Source: Dehalococcoidia bacterium (GTDB taxonomy: Bacteria > Chloroflexota > Dehalococcoidia > Lucifugimonadales > HRBIN23). Taken from it: DNA of 64,000 nt. Location: contig JANXCH010000011.1 of NCBI GenBank assembly GCA_025060295.1, forward strand, positions 178,446 to 242,445, written 5' to 3'. Under the pieces are notes generated by a model that was not told the origin of the DNA, did no database searches, and saw only the letters and a program-made list of their open reading frames with translations. Shown piece after piece: positions 15,950 through 25,543 of this stretch. The position numbers and the translations under genes were made by a program. Each line of letters opens with the position of its first letter. Position 1 is the first letter of the stretch.

Positions 15950-17691
15950 CCACCTACGCCACCCTGGCCCAAGAGGCCCGCGCCCACTGGGCTGCCCTAC
16001 ACGAACGCCCTTGGATTCGGGTGGGCACCGCCATCTGTGGGAAGGCGGCGGGTGCCCAAGAGGTGCTCCACGCCCTACGGCGCGCTGTGGAGCGCCGGGG
16101 CATCCCCGCCACCGTGACCCCTGTGGGGTGCATCGGGTTGTGCTTCGCCGAGCCGTTGGTAGACATCCAAAAGCCCGGCCGCCCCCGCATCTTCTACCAG
16201 AAGGTTACCCCCCACCTGGCCGCAACCCTGGTGGAGGACTACCTGCTGCAGGACAACCCCCGCCCCGACCTGGCCCTGGGCACTCTGGGGGGACGGGTAG
16301 AGGGCATCGCCCCCCTGGAGGAGCACCCCGCCTGGAAACCCCAGGTGCGCATCGCCACCCGCAACTGTGGCACGGTGGAGCCTGCCAACCTGGCCCACTA
16401 CATCGCCAACGGGGGCTACCAGGGCCTGGCCAAAGCCCTGACCGAGATGAAACCCGCCCAGGTGATTGAGGAGGTTACCAAGTCGGGCCTACGGGGACGG
16501 GGCGGCGCCGCCTTCTCCACCGGCGCCAAGTGGAACTTCCTGGCCCGCGCCCCCGGCCCCGTCAAGTACATCCTGGTCAACTGCGAGGAGGGCGACCCGG
16601 GCGCCTTCAACGATAAGGGTATCCTGGAGAGCGACCCGTTCACCCTCATTGAGGGGTGCACCATCGCCGGCTACGCCACCGGCGCCACGAAGGGCTATGT
16701 GTTCATCCGCCACGGGCACGAAGGCCCTATCACTTTCACCCGCAAGGCCATCCAGGAGGCCTACAAGGCGGGCCTGCTGGGCAAAAACATCCTGGGGAGT
16801 GCCTTCTCCTTTGATATGGAGGTGGCCCTCACCGGAGAATCCTATGTATCGGGCGAGGAGACGGCCCTGATGGAGGCCATTGAGGGGAAGCGGGCTATGC
16901 CCCGCTCCCGTCCCCCCTTCCCTGCCCAAGTGGGCCTCTGGGGCAAGCCCAGCAACATCAACAATGTCAAGACCCTCTCTTATGTGCCCGAGGTTGTGGC
17001 GCGGGGCGGGGCCTGGTTCGCCTCCATCGGCACCGAGAAGAGCAAAGGCACGGCCATCGTTTGCCTTTCGGGGCAGGTCGCCCGTCCCGGCTGGTATGAG
17101 GTGCCTTTCGGCCTAACCCTGCGCCGAGTGGTGGAGGACATCGGCGGGGGCACCGGCACCGGACGCCCCGTCAAACTCCTGCAAACAGGGGGGCCGCTGG
17201 GCGGCGTGCTGGGTGCCGAACGCCTGGACATCGCCCTGGACTTTGACGGCATGGCCCAGGCGGGGGCCATCTTCGGCTCGGGGGGCATCATCGTCGCCGA
17301 TACTGCCACCTGCGCCGTAGACCTGGTGCGCAACCTGGTGGCCTTCTGCCAGTTTGAGTCGTGTGGCAAGTGTTTCCCCTGCCGCTTGGGGTTCACCCAT
17401 ATGCTGGAGGTGCTGGACCGCATCGCTGCCGGCCAGGGGCGCCCCAGCGACCTGGAGGCTATGCGCACCATCGGCCAAGCTATGAGCCTGGGTTCCCTGT
17501 GTGGGCACGGGCAGTTGGGCTTCAACCCAGTGCACTCGGCCCTGCGCTTCTGCGCCGAGGACTTCCGCATCCACTTGGAAGAGCGGCGCTGTCCCACAGG
17601 GGCGTGTGAGCCGCGCCTTTCCCTCCCCAAGCGGACGCGTCCCGAACCTGTAGGGGGGTGGTATGCCCGACACTCTTACGCTCACCATTGA
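15946..17691 (+). CDS. nuoF: NuoF-like NADH-binding FMN/[4Fe-4S] subunit with extra N-terminal thioredoxin-like domain
   Basis: GLRGRGGAAFSTGAKW and NCEEGDPGAF (FMN/NADH site), plus ESCGKCFPCRLG (N3 cluster). The start overlaps the nuoE-like stop (ATGA). Confidence 0.85.
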   Translation: MTTYATLAQEARAHWAALHERPWIRVGTAICGKAAGAQEVLHALRRAVERRGIPATVTPVGCIGLCFAEPLVDIQKPGRPRIFYQKVTPHLAATLVEDYLLQDNPRPDLALGTLGGRVEGIAPLEEHPAWKPQVRIATRNCGTVEPANLAHYIANGGYQGLAKALTEMKPAQVIEEVTKSGLRGRGGAAFSTGAKWNFLARAPGPVKYILVNCEEGDPGAFNDKGILESDPFTLIEGCTIAGYATGATKGYVFIRHGHEGPITFTRKAIQEAYKAGLLGKNILGSAFSFDMEVALTGESYVSGEETALMEAIEGKRAMPRSRPPFPAQVGLWGKPSNINNVKTLSYVPEVVARGGAWFASIGTEKSKGTAIVCLSGQVARPGWYEVPFGLTLRRVVEDIGGGTGTGRPVKLLQTGGPLGGVLGAERLDIALDFDGMAQAGAIFGSGGIIVADTATCAVDLVRNLVAFCQFESCGKCFPCRLGFTHMLEVLDRIAAGQGRPSDLEAMRTIGQAMSLGSLCGHGQLGFNPVHSALRFCAEDFRIHLEERRCPTGACEPRLSLPKRTRPEPVGGWYARHSYAHH

Positions 17692-20320
17692 CGGGAAGCA
17701 GGTTACCGCCCGCCCCGGCCAGACCATCCTGCAAGTGGCCCTGGACAACGGCATCTACATCCCCTACCTGTGCTACTTCCCGGGGATGAAGCCGTGGGGG
17801 GCGTGTCGGATGTGCGTGGTGGAGGTGGAGGGGGGGCGGGGCACCCCCGCCTCCTGCACCACACCCGTGGCCGATAAGATGGTGGTGAAGACCAATAGCC
17901 CCCTCCTGCAATCCCTGCGCCAGGGGATTCTGGAACTGCTCCTCTCGGAACATCCCCACGGGTGCCTCACCTGCCACCGCATTGAACTGTGCGGCCCCAC
18001 CGATGTCTGTTTGCGCCACATCCGTGTTACCGACCGCTGTGTGGTATGCCCCAAGAACGAGCGGTGCGAACTGAAGGACACGGTGCGCTTTGTGGGCGTC
18101 CCGATGGAGACGCCCCTCCCCTACAACTACCGCAACCTCCCCATTGAGGTGCGGGATCCCTTCTACGACCGGGACTACAACCTGTGCATCGTGTGCGCCC
18201 GATGCGTGCGGGCGTGCGAGGAACTGCGGGGCGACAACGCCATCTGCATGGTGGAGCGGTCGGGCACGGCCCTGGTGGGCACCTCCCGGGGCACCTCCCT
18301 TCTGGAGTCGGGGTGCGAGTTCTGCGGAGCGTGCATTGATGTGTGCCCTGTGGGTGCCCTCGTGGAGCGGGCGTGGAAGTGGGAGAAGGCGGTCTCCACC
18401 ACTTTCACCACCTGCCCCAACTGCCCCGTAGGGTGCCAGATGAAGGTGGAGGTGGACCGCAAGGGACGCCTCATCCGCGCCATCGGGGATTGGAACGCCT
18501 TCAACGGGGGGATGCTCTGCTACAAGGGGAAGTTCGGCCTGGAGTTTGTGAACGCTCCCAGCGCCCTGCGCACCCCCCTTATGCGGCAGGACGGCCACCT
18601 GCGGGAGGCGTCCTGGGAGGAGGCGCTGGACTACACCGCCCAGCGCCTGGCGGGGTATAAAGGCTCCTATGCGGTGCTCCTGGGTCTGCGGGCCACCACC
18701 GAGGATGCCTACCTGGCCCAGAAGTTCGCCCGCCTGGTGATGGCATCCAACGCCATTGACGCCGCCTACCCCACCCGCCCCTTCCTGCGCACCCCCCTGG
18801 AGGAGGCCCTGGGGGCCTACGCCGCCACGGGGAGCCTCTCAGCTCTGAAAGACGCCCGCGCCGTGCTCGTGGTGAACAGCAACATCACCGAGGAGCACAA
18901 TGTGGCGGCGGTGCCCATCAAGCGGGCCAAGAAGGCGGGCACCGCCCAGGTGGTGGTGCTCGACCCCCGCGAAGTGGAACTGACCCGCTATGCCGACCTT
19001 TGGCTTCGCCCCTTCCCCGGGACCGAGCACCTGGTGGTGGGTGCCCTGGTGCGCCTGCTCCTGGAGGAGGGCTTGGCCCCCAAGGACGGGGCGAACCTGG
19101 AGGGCTTGGACGCCTTGCGCCAGAGCCTGCAGGCCTTCGCCCCCGATGCGGTTGCCCTGCGCTCGGGCGTGCCCCTGGATGCCCTGCGGAAGGCGGTGCG
19201 CCTGCTGGGCGGGGTGCGTCCCCTTGCCATCCTTTACAGCCTGGACAACCTGCCCCCCGCCCATGGGGAGGCGGTCGCCCGCGCCCTAGTGAACCTGGCC
19301 CTCCTCACGGGCAACGAGGGGTGGCTCTTCCCCTTGCCCCCGGGCACCAACCTGCAGGGCTTGCTGGATGTGGGGGCCGTGGCGGGCTACCTGCCGGGCC
19401 ACGCCCGCCTGGGAGACGCCACGGCGCGCCAGCGCCTGGCCCAGATGTGGGGGGCCGAGGTGCCCTCGGCTCCCGCAGTGGACTTCCCAGGCATCCTGGC
19501 GGGAATCGCCAGCAAGCGGGTGCGGGCCGTGCAGATCGTGGGCAACAGCCCCGCCCTGGATACGCCCGCCGTCAACGCCTTGGCCGCGGCCGAGTTTATC
19601 GTCGTGCACGACCACCTGCTATCGCCTTTGGCGCGGGTGGCGGATGTGGTCTTCCCCTCGGCTACCTTCGCCCAGCGGGACGGCTCCTACACCAGCCTGG
19701 AGCGGCGGGTGCAACGGGTGCGGGGGGCGGTGCCCCTGCGGGGCCAGGAGCGCCCCGATTGGTGGGTCTTCAGTGCCTTGGCCCAACGGATGGGGGGGGC
19801 GGGCTTCGCCTTCGGCTCGTGGGAGGAGGTGTGGCGGGAGATGGCAAGTGCAGTGCCCGCCTATGCCGACCTGGGGCCGGGGCGGTTGGGCGGGGTATGG
19901 CCCCTGACGCCCCAGCGCACGCGCCTGTTACCCCTGCCGGCGCTCGACCCCGCCGATGTGCGCACCCCCGAGTTCCCCCTGGCCCTGGCAGTCGGGCGGG
20001 TGCTCCTGCAGGAGGGGCGGGAGATGCACATTGTCCGCCGCGGACGCCTGAACACCATCCAGAGGGACGAGGTGGTGGAGGTGCACCCCGCCGATGCCCA
20101 ACGCCTGGGCCTATCTGATGGGGCCATGGTGGATGTGGTAACCCCCCAGGGGCGGCAGAGGGCGCGGGTGCAGACCTCGGGGACGGTCCCAGGGATGGTG
20201 AGCATCACCGGCCTGTTCGGGCAGTTGGCGGTGCAGTTGGCCTCCTCCGAAGCCCCCGATCCCATGCTGGCGGTGCCGGGGCTGTCGGTGCTCCCCGCCC
20301 GCTTGGAGCCGGTGGCGTAG
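17663..20320 (+). CDS. nuoG: NuoG/Nqo3-like Fe-S, molybdopterin-fold subunit (formate-dehydrogenase-alpha-like but apparently non-catalytic)
   Basis: N-terminal 2Fe-2S (CYFPGMKPWGACRMC), HPHGCLTCHR, 4Fe-4S CIVCARCVRAC and CEFCGACIDVCP, and CPNCPVGC. No Cys/Sec sits at the position of the FDH Mo ligand (SNAIDAAYPTRPF). Confidence 0.8.
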   Translation: MPDTLTLTIDGKQVTARPGQTILQVALDNGIYIPYLCYFPGMKPWGACRMCVVEVEGGRGTPASCTTPVADKMVVKTNSPLLQSLRQGILELLLSEHPHGCLTCHRIELCGPTDVCLRHIRVTDRCVVCPKNERCELKDTVRFVGVPMETPLPYNYRNLPIEVRDPFYDRDYNLCIVCARCVRACEELRGDNAICMVERSGTALVGTSRGTSLLESGCEFCGACIDVCPVGALVERAWKWEKAVSTTFTTCPNCPVGCQMKVEVDRKGRLIRAIGDWNAFNGGMLCYKGKFGLEFVNAPSALRTPLMRQDGHLREASWEEALDYTAQRLAGYKGSYAVLLGLRATTEDAYLAQKFARLVMASNAIDAAYPTRPFLRTPLEEALGAYAATGSLSALKDARAVLVVNSNITEEHNVAAVPIKRAKKAGTAQVVVLDPREVELTRYADLWLRPFPGTEHLVVGALVRLLLEEGLAPKDGANLEGLDALRQSLQAFAPDAVALRSGVPLDALRKAVRLLGGVRPLAILYSLDNLPPAHGEAVARALVNLALLTGNEGWLFPLPPGTNLQGLLDVGAVAGYLPGHARLGDATARQRLAQMWGAEVPSAPAVDFPGILAGIASKRVRAVQIVGNSPALDTPAVNALAAAEFIVVHDHLLSPLARVADVVFPSATFAQRDGSYTSLERRVQRVRGAVPLRGQERPDWWVFSALAQRMGGAGFAFGSWEEVWREMASAVPAYADLGPGRLGGVWPLTPQRTRLLPLPALDPADVRTPEFPLALAVGRVLLQEGREMHIVRRGRLNTIQRDEVVEVHPADAQRLGLSDGAMVDVVTPQGRQRARVQTSGTVPGMVSITGLFGQLAVQLASSEAPDPMLAVPGLSVLPARLEPVA

Positions 20321-20333
20321 CCCTCTTGTCCCC

Positions 20334-21518
20334 TCAGTGCCAGGTCTCCTCGTGGGAGCGTGCTTGGCGGCGGAGCCTCTGCTGGTGCTGAGCCAGGCGG
20401 GCCTCCTCGTCAGTGGGCTGGTAGGTATCCAAAAAGGCCCTCTGCCACTGGGGAAAGCGTCCCTCCACGATAGCCTGGCGTGCCTGAGCCATCAGGCGCT
20501 GGTAGAAGCGCAGGTTATGCACAGTCGCCAGGCGGAAGGCTAGCAGCTCCTGGGCGCGGAAAAGGTGGTGCAGGTACCCTGCCCCAAAATGGGTGCAGGT
20601 GAAGCAGTCGCACCCCTCCTCCAGAGGCCCCCGTTCCAGACGCCAGCGGGCGGCGGTGATGTCTATACGCCCCTGGCGGGTGTAGATGCCCCCCGTGCGC
20701 CCCGTGCGGGTGGGGAGCACACAGTCAAACAGGTCATACCCCATGCCAATGCAGTGCACCAGGTCGTCGGGTGCGCCCACGCCCATGAGGTAGCGGGGCT
20801 TGTGGGCGGGCAGGAAGGCGACGGTGCCCTGGGCGATCTGCAGGAACAGGGCCTTGTCCTCCCCGACGGAAAGCCCCCCGACGGCGTATCCTTCGCAGTC
20901 CAGGGACACAAGGCCCTGAGCAGAGGCTTGGCGCAGGGCCAGGTCGTGCCCGCCCTGGACAATGGCGAACAGAGCCTGGTCGGGGCGGGTGCGGGCGCGG
21001 ACGCACCGTTCGGCCCAGCGCTGGGTGCGCTCCACCGCTCGCCGGAGGGCATCGGAGGAGGCCCCATAGGGTAGGCACTCGTCCAGGCAGGTGATGGCAT
21101 CGGCTCCCAGCGCCTCCTGGATGCGGATGGCTTCCTCAGGTGTCAGCCAGCGGGTGGAGCCGTCCAGGTGGGACTGGAACAGGATGCCCTCGTCGGTGGT
21201 GCGGCGCAGGTCGCCCAGGGAGTAGACCTGGAACCCCCCCGAGTCGGTGAACAGGGGGCCGTCCCAGCCCATAAAGGCGTGCAGGCCTCCGAAGGCTCGC
21301 ACCACCTCCGCCCCCGGCCGCAGGGCCAGGTGGTAGGCGTTGCAGATGAGGATGTGGGTGCCGCAGGCGCGGGCCTCCTGGGGGGTAAGGGCTTTGATTG
21401 AGGCCTGGCTGGCCACAGGCATAAAGGCAGGAGTGGGCACACGGCCGTGGGGGGTCAAGAGCCAGCCGGCGCGGGCAGAGGCGCAGGTGGCTTCCACCTG
21501 AAAGGCAAAGGCGCTCAT
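20334..21518 (-). CDS. tgt: tRNA-guanine(34) transglycosylase (queuine tRNA-ribosyltransferase)
   Basis: TPAFMPV, TDSGGFQV, AIVQGG and LMGVG motifs, plus the zinc site CDCFTC..H. Confidence 0.9.
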   Translation of the reverse strand: MSAFAFQVEATCASARAGWLLTPHGRVPTPAFMPVASQASIKALTPQEARACGTHILICNAYHLALRPGAEVVRAFGGLHAFMGWDGPLFTDSGGFQVYSLGDLRRTTDEGILFQSHLDGSTRWLTPEEAIRIQEALGADAITCLDECLPYGASSDALRRAVERTQRWAERCVRARTRPDQALFAIVQGGHDLALRQASAQGLVSLDCEGYAVGGLSVGEDKALFLQIAQGTVAFLPAHKPRYLMGVGAPDDLVHCIGMGYDLFDCVLPTRTGRTGGIYTRQGRIDITAARWRLERGPLEEGCDCFTCTHFGAGYLHHLFRAQELLAFRLATVHNLRFYQRLMAQARQAIVEGRFPQWQRAFLDTYQPTDEEARLAQHQQRLRRQARSHEETWH

Positions 21519-21522
21519 CAGC

Positions 21523-22416
21523 CTATCCCATCAGCCAGCGGTCCAACGGCATCCCCAGGAACACGGCCCCCAGAAACGGATAGGCCGACAGGCGGAAGGG
21601 GCGGATGGCCAAAGGCGGTAGCGGTGAGCGCGCCATCCGCCAGCAGGCCCAGGCCAGAAGCAGGCCGGTGAGGCCCGCCCCCACCCAGAACAGAGGGCCA
21701 AACCGCCCCACAAGGGCCATCACCACCACCACCCCCAGCAGGGCCACCGACAGGGCAAAGCACAGCCAGGGCGCAAGCCCCCGCCCCTTGTCCAGAGGAA
21801 AGATGTTCACCCCCGCCCGCAGGTAGTCCTCCCGATAGGCCAGCATCAGCGTCCACACATGCACCGGCACCCACAGGGCCACCAGCAGGGTCAGGAGGCC
21901 CAGAAGGGGGGTCATCTGGGGGTGCATGGCGAACCAGGCCACCCACACCGGCCCGCAGGAGGAGACGATACCCAAGAAATGGGTCGCCCAGGTCTTGCGG
22001 GCCACCAGGGCACACACCACCGCCAGCGCCCCCGCTCCGAAGGCGAGAGGGTGCAAGACCCACGCCATCCCCAGGGACACGGCCACCAGCCCCGCCGCCC
22101 AGATACCTGCCTCGGCGGGGCGTAGGAGGCCCCGCGGGAGCACCCGCCTTTGGGTGCGGCGCATGCGGGCGTCCACCCCCCTGTCGAGGAAGTTGGTCAG
22201 CCCATTGGCCCCCGCGCTCCCCAGGAGCACCGCCAGCGCCGTCCAGAGGAAACGCATCGGCGTTGGCTGCAGGTCGGCAGCCACCAGGGCTGTCGTCCAC
22301 CCCATTAGAGCCAGGAGAAGGGTCTCCCGGGGCTTGAGCACAAGGATGTAGGCGAGCGCCCGCTGGCCGAGGGACACACCCTCTCCTGCCCGCAGAGACG
22401 AGACAACGCCCAACAC
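21523..22416 (-). CDS. ctaB: Protoheme IX farnesyltransferase (heme O synthase), UbiA family
   Basis: YILVLKPRETLLL N-terminus, NFLDRGVDARMRRTQRRVLP Asp-rich motif, and about 9 TM helices. Confidence 0.8.
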   Translation of the reverse strand: MLGVVSSLRAGEGVSLGQRALAYILVLKPRETLLLALMGWTTALVAADLQPTPMRFLWTALAVLLGSAGANGLTNFLDRGVDARMRRTQRRVLPRGLLRPAEAGIWAAGLVAVSLGMAWVLHPLAFGAGALAVVCALVARKTWATHFLGIVSSCGPVWVAWFAMHPQMTPLLGLLTLLVALWVPVHVWTLMLAYREDYLRAGVNIFPLDKGRGLAPWLCFALSVALLGVVVVMALVGRFGPLFWVGAGLTGLLLAWACWRMARSPLPPLAIRPFRLSAYPFLGAVFLGMPLDRWLMG

Positions 22417-22441
22417 GCGTCCTCCACAGGGTTCTCCTGCT

Positions 22442-22461
22442 AGTATAAGGGGTGTTATACT
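22442..22461. promoter_or_regulatory. Back-to-back -10 boxes (AGTATAA-N6-TTATACT) for divergent ctaB and the rightward transcript
   Basis: On the plus strand, TGtTATACT at 22453-22461. On the minus strand, TATACT at 22447-22442, about 25 nt upstream of the ctaB start with a GGAGGA RBS between. Confidence 0.45.
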
Positions 22462-22650
22462 GGCGGTGAGGCTGTCTAAGGCGAAGCGCTACGCCCCAGG
22501 AGCGTGAGGGGTGTGGGGATAGGCCTTTGGGCCGTGCGGAGCAGAACGGCGTACCATCCCCACCCGCCGGCCGAGAGTGCCCTTGCCTCCTGGATAGGGG
22601 CAGTCAGACGCAGCAGAGCCACTGGCCCTAGGGCATAAGGAGAGGCCACA

Positions 22651-22998
22651 ATGGGCATGGCACGGGAGATCGTGGAGGGCTTTCGGGAGGTGGTGCGCGA
22701 CCTCCTGATCCCCGAGTGCAAGGCTCTACAGACTGAGGTGCGTTTCCTCGGCGAGCGCTTGGACACACTGGAGAAGGTCATAGAGGAGCGCTTCGCCCGA
22801 GTAGATGAGCGCTTCCTGAAAGTGGAGCAACAGATCGCCGACCTGCGCGCCGATATGGCTACCGTGAACGGCAAACTGGACCTGCTCCTGAGCCACATCG
22901 TGGACTTCAAGACCCTCACCCAGGTTACGGTGCGTCTGGAGATGCTGGAGAAGCGGGTGGATGCCCTCGCCCAGCGCCTCGCCGAGCGCCCCTCCTGA
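22651..22998 (+). CDS. Small coiled-coil protein, paralog of 27184..27699 (function unknown)
   Basis: The N-terminus AREIVEGFREVVRDLLIPECKALQTEVRFLGERLDTLEKVIEERFA aligns with the other copy. A GGAGAGG RBS is present. Confidence 0.65.
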   Translation: MGMAREIVEGFREVVRDLLIPECKALQTEVRFLGERLDTLEKVIEERFARVDERFLKVEQQIADLRADMATVNGKLDLLLSHIVDFKTLTQVTVRLEMLEKRVDALAQRLAERPS

Positions 22999-23008
22999 TG
23001 CAGGTACC

Positions 23009-23854
23009 ATGTCCTTGCGCGTCGGCATCATCGGCTACCCTGTGGGCCACTCCCTGTCGCCTCGCATGCATCAGGCGGCCTTTTCTGCCCTGGGCTTGGA
23101 CATCCGCTACGAGGCGTGGGAGACGCCTCCCCAGGTCTTGCCCCAGCGCATTCAGTCCTTGCGCAACGGGGACATCCTGGGGGCCAATGTAACCATCCCC
23201 CACAAGGAGGCGGTGCTCCCCCTGCTGGATACCCTGACCCCTACCGCCCGTGCCATCGGAGCGGTGAACACCATCGTCCACCGCCACGGCACCCTCCTCG
23301 GGGAGAACACCGACGCCCCGGGATTTTTGCGGGCGGTGCAGGAGGCGGGCTGTCCCCCCCAAGGGAAGCGTGTCCTCATCTTAGGAGCGGGGGGCTCGGC
23401 CCGCGCTGTAGCCTATGCACTCGCTCAGGCGGGGGTGGGATCCCTGACCATTGCGGCGCGGACGCCCGATCGGGCGTATGCCATCGCCCGCCTCCTGACG
23501 GTGCCCGTGGTGTGCATCCCCTGGGAGGAGGAGGCCCTGACCCGTGCCGCCGCGGGGGCCGACCTCATCGTCCACTGCACGCCCCTGGGCATGGCCCACA
23601 CCCCCGCGGCGGGGGATACTCCCCTAAGGGCAGAGCAGATTCCCCCCTCTGTGGTGGTCTACGACCTGGTCTATACGCCCGAGCAGACACCCCTTCTGCG
23701 GGAGGCGCAGCGGGCGGGGGCACGGGCGGTGGGAGGGCTAGGGATGCTGGTGCACCAGGGGGCGCTGGCCTTTGAACTGTGGACGGGGCGGCCGGCACCT
23801 ATAGAAGTTATGTGGCGCGCCGTCCGCTCTGCTGTGCAGGAGGCCCGAGCATGA
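23009..23854 (+). CDS. aroE: Shikimate dehydrogenase
   Basis: [27 protein letters not shown] and GAGGSARAV motifs. The ATG at 23009 is preferred over the track start at 22961. Confidence 0.85.
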   Translation: MSLRVGIIGYPVGHSLSPRMHQAAFSALGLDIRYEAWETPPQVLPQRIQSLRNGDILGANVTIPHKEAVLPLLDTLTPTARAIGAVNTIVHRHGTLLGENTDAPGFLRAVQEAGCPPQGKRVLILGAGGSARAVAYALAQAGVGSLTIAARTPDRAYAIARLLTVPVVCIPWEEEALTRAAAGADLIVHCTPLGMAHTPAAGDTPLRAEQIPPSVVVYDLVYTPEQTPLLREAQRAGARAVGGLGMLVHQGALAFELWTGRPAPIEVMWRAVRSAVQEARA

Positions 23855-25023
23855 CCCACCTCCGGTGGCTCACGGCGGGCGAGTCCCACGGGCGCGGGCT
23901 GGTGGTCATCGTGGAGGGGGTGCCGGCGGGGCTCCCCCTCACCGAAGACGCCATCGCCAAAGACCTGCGCCGCCGTCAGGGGGGCTATGGGCGCGGCGCC
24001 CGTCAGCAGATTGAGCAAGACCGCGCCGAAATCCTGTCGGGCGTGCGCCACGGCCTGACCCTGGGCTCCCCCATCGCCCTGCTTATCTGGAACCGCGACT
24101 GGCCCAACTGGCAGACCCAGATGAGCATCGCCCCTGTGGCCGAGGCCGTCCCCCCCGTGACCCGTCTCCGCCCCGGCCACGCCGACCTGGCAGGGGCCAT
24201 GAAATACTACCAGCACGATGTGCGCAACATCTTGGAGCGCGCCTCCGCCCGGGAGACGGCAGCGCGCGTGGCCGCAGGGGCTGTGGCCAGGATGTTCCTG
24301 GCCCAGTTCGGCATCACCATCCACTCCCACGTGCTCAACATCGGGGGCGTGTGGGCCAAGCCCACTCCGCCCATAGATTGGGAGCGGGTGGAGGCGTCCC
24401 CGGTGCGCTGTGCCGATCCCGAGGCCGAAAAAAGGATGATCGCCGCCATCGACGCCGCCCGTGAGGCGGGGGATACAGTGGGGGGTATTGTGGAGGTGGT
24501 GGCCGAGGGGGTGCCCATCGGCCTGGGGAGCCACGTGCAGTGGGACCGACGCATAGACGGGCGCATCGCCCAGGCCCTGATGTCCATCAACGCCGTCAAA
24601 GCCGTCTCCATCGGCGACGGGTGGGAATCGGCCAGCCTGCGGGGGAGCCAGGTGCACGATGTCATTGAGCCGGTAACCGACCCCGCCCGCCCCTGGCAAC
24701 GCAAGACCAACCGCGCCGGGGGCACCGAGGGGGGAATGACCAACGGCATGCCCCTGCTGGCCCGCTTTGCGGTGAAGCCCATCTCCACCCTGGCCAAACC
24801 CTTGCCCTCGGTAGATTTGTGGACGGGGGAGACGGTGCAGGCCCACTACGAGCGCTCCGATGTGTGCCAGGTGCCCGCCGCGGGTGTCATCGGCGAGGCG
24901 ATGGTGGCCCTGGTGCTAGCCGACGCCTTCCTGGAGAAGTTCGGGGGCGACCACCTGGAGGAGGTGCGGCGCAACTACCAGGCTTATCTCCAGACCATCG
25001 GCCCTCGGGGACGGCGTGGATAG
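23851..25023 (+). CDS. aroC: Chorismate synthase
   Basis: [30 protein letters not shown] and [10 protein letters not shown] motifs. ATG 23851 overlaps the aroE stop (ATGA). Confidence 0.9.
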   Translation: MTHLRWLTAGESHGRGLVVIVEGVPAGLPLTEDAIAKDLRRRQGGYGRGARQQIEQDRAEILSGVRHGLTLGSPIALLIWNRDWPNWQTQMSIAPVAEAVPPVTRLRPGHADLAGAMKYYQHDVRNILERASARETAARVAAGAVARMFLAQFGITIHSHVLNIGGVWAKPTPPIDWERVEASPVRCADPEAEKRMIAAIDAAREAGDTVGGIVEVVAEGVPIGLGSHVQWDRRIDGRIAQALMSINAVKAVSIGDGWESASLRGSQVHDVIEPVTDPARPWQRKTNRAGGTEGGMTNGMPLLARFAVKPISTLAKPLPSVDLWTGETVQAHYERSDVCQVPAAGVIGEAMVALVLADAFLEKFGGDHLEEVRRNYQAYLQTIGPRGRRG

Positions 25024-25369
25024 GCACGCGAATGCCGATGCCCTGGCTCGCCCGCAGGAGGCCTCCCGCGGGAGGACCGCAGACAGACCCTAAACCCCAT
25101 CGTCGCCATCCTTCCGTCTCTGCCGGAGGGGGAGAGGGTGAGCCTAGGAGGCTCCTACGCCCCTCGGGCGGGCCGACCTGGGCACCGACTTGGACATCGT
25201 GGTGATCGTGCGCACCCGCGAAGGGTTCGTGGAGCGGGTGCCACGCCTGTATGGGTTGCTGGCCGTCCCTGTGGATATGGATGTGCTCTGGTACATCCCC
25301 AAAGAGTGTGCACCGATGCGGGAGCGCCCCTTTGTGCGTCGCCTCTGACAGGACGAGCGGGTGCTTTAG
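25024..25369 (+). pseudogene. Decayed Pol-beta-superfamily nucleotidyltransferase (MNT-like) gene
   Basis: SLGGSYAPRAGRP (frame 1) and DLGTDLDIVVIV...VDMDVLWYIPKECAPMRERPFVRRL (frame 2) together give the GS-x(n)-DxD NTase core only across a frameshift near 25165-25180. An in-frame TGA at 25346 lies 7 codons before TAG 25367. Confidence 0.5.
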
Positions 25370-25543
25370 GTGAGGAGAACCCTGTAAGGCGGGATGGCGC
25401 GGGCTGGAGCAGGCCTAGTAGGGGTCACGGACAGTCGCTGTGTGCAGTGCCCCCGTCGGAACACCCCTTCCCGATCTGTTACGATATCTCTGCACGCGTT
25501 GCGCCAATTCCCAACGGAGAGACACACAGAAAGAGCGTTCTCC

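Noticed and set aside
17663-20320. Catalytic formate dehydrogenase alpha subunit, possibly selenoprotein.
   Set aside because: There is no in-frame TGA and no Cys/His at the expected Mo-ligand motif position. It is therefore called NuoG-like, and only an alignment can settle this.
22462-22650. Cobalamin riboswitch, suggested by a GCCACUGG motif and CAGUCAGACGCAG.
   Set aside because: The rest of the B12-element core as I remember it (GGUG..AA.CC, CCCGC..CUGU, AGCCAGGAGACCUGCC) is not present, and the downstream gene is not B12-related.
25346-25348. In-frame TGA in the nucleotidyltransferase remnant as selenocysteine or programmed readthrough.
   Set aside because: The gene also carries a frameshift and lacks a start codon in the catalytic frame. 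There is no SECIS-like hairpin context that I can see. Decay is the simpler explanation.
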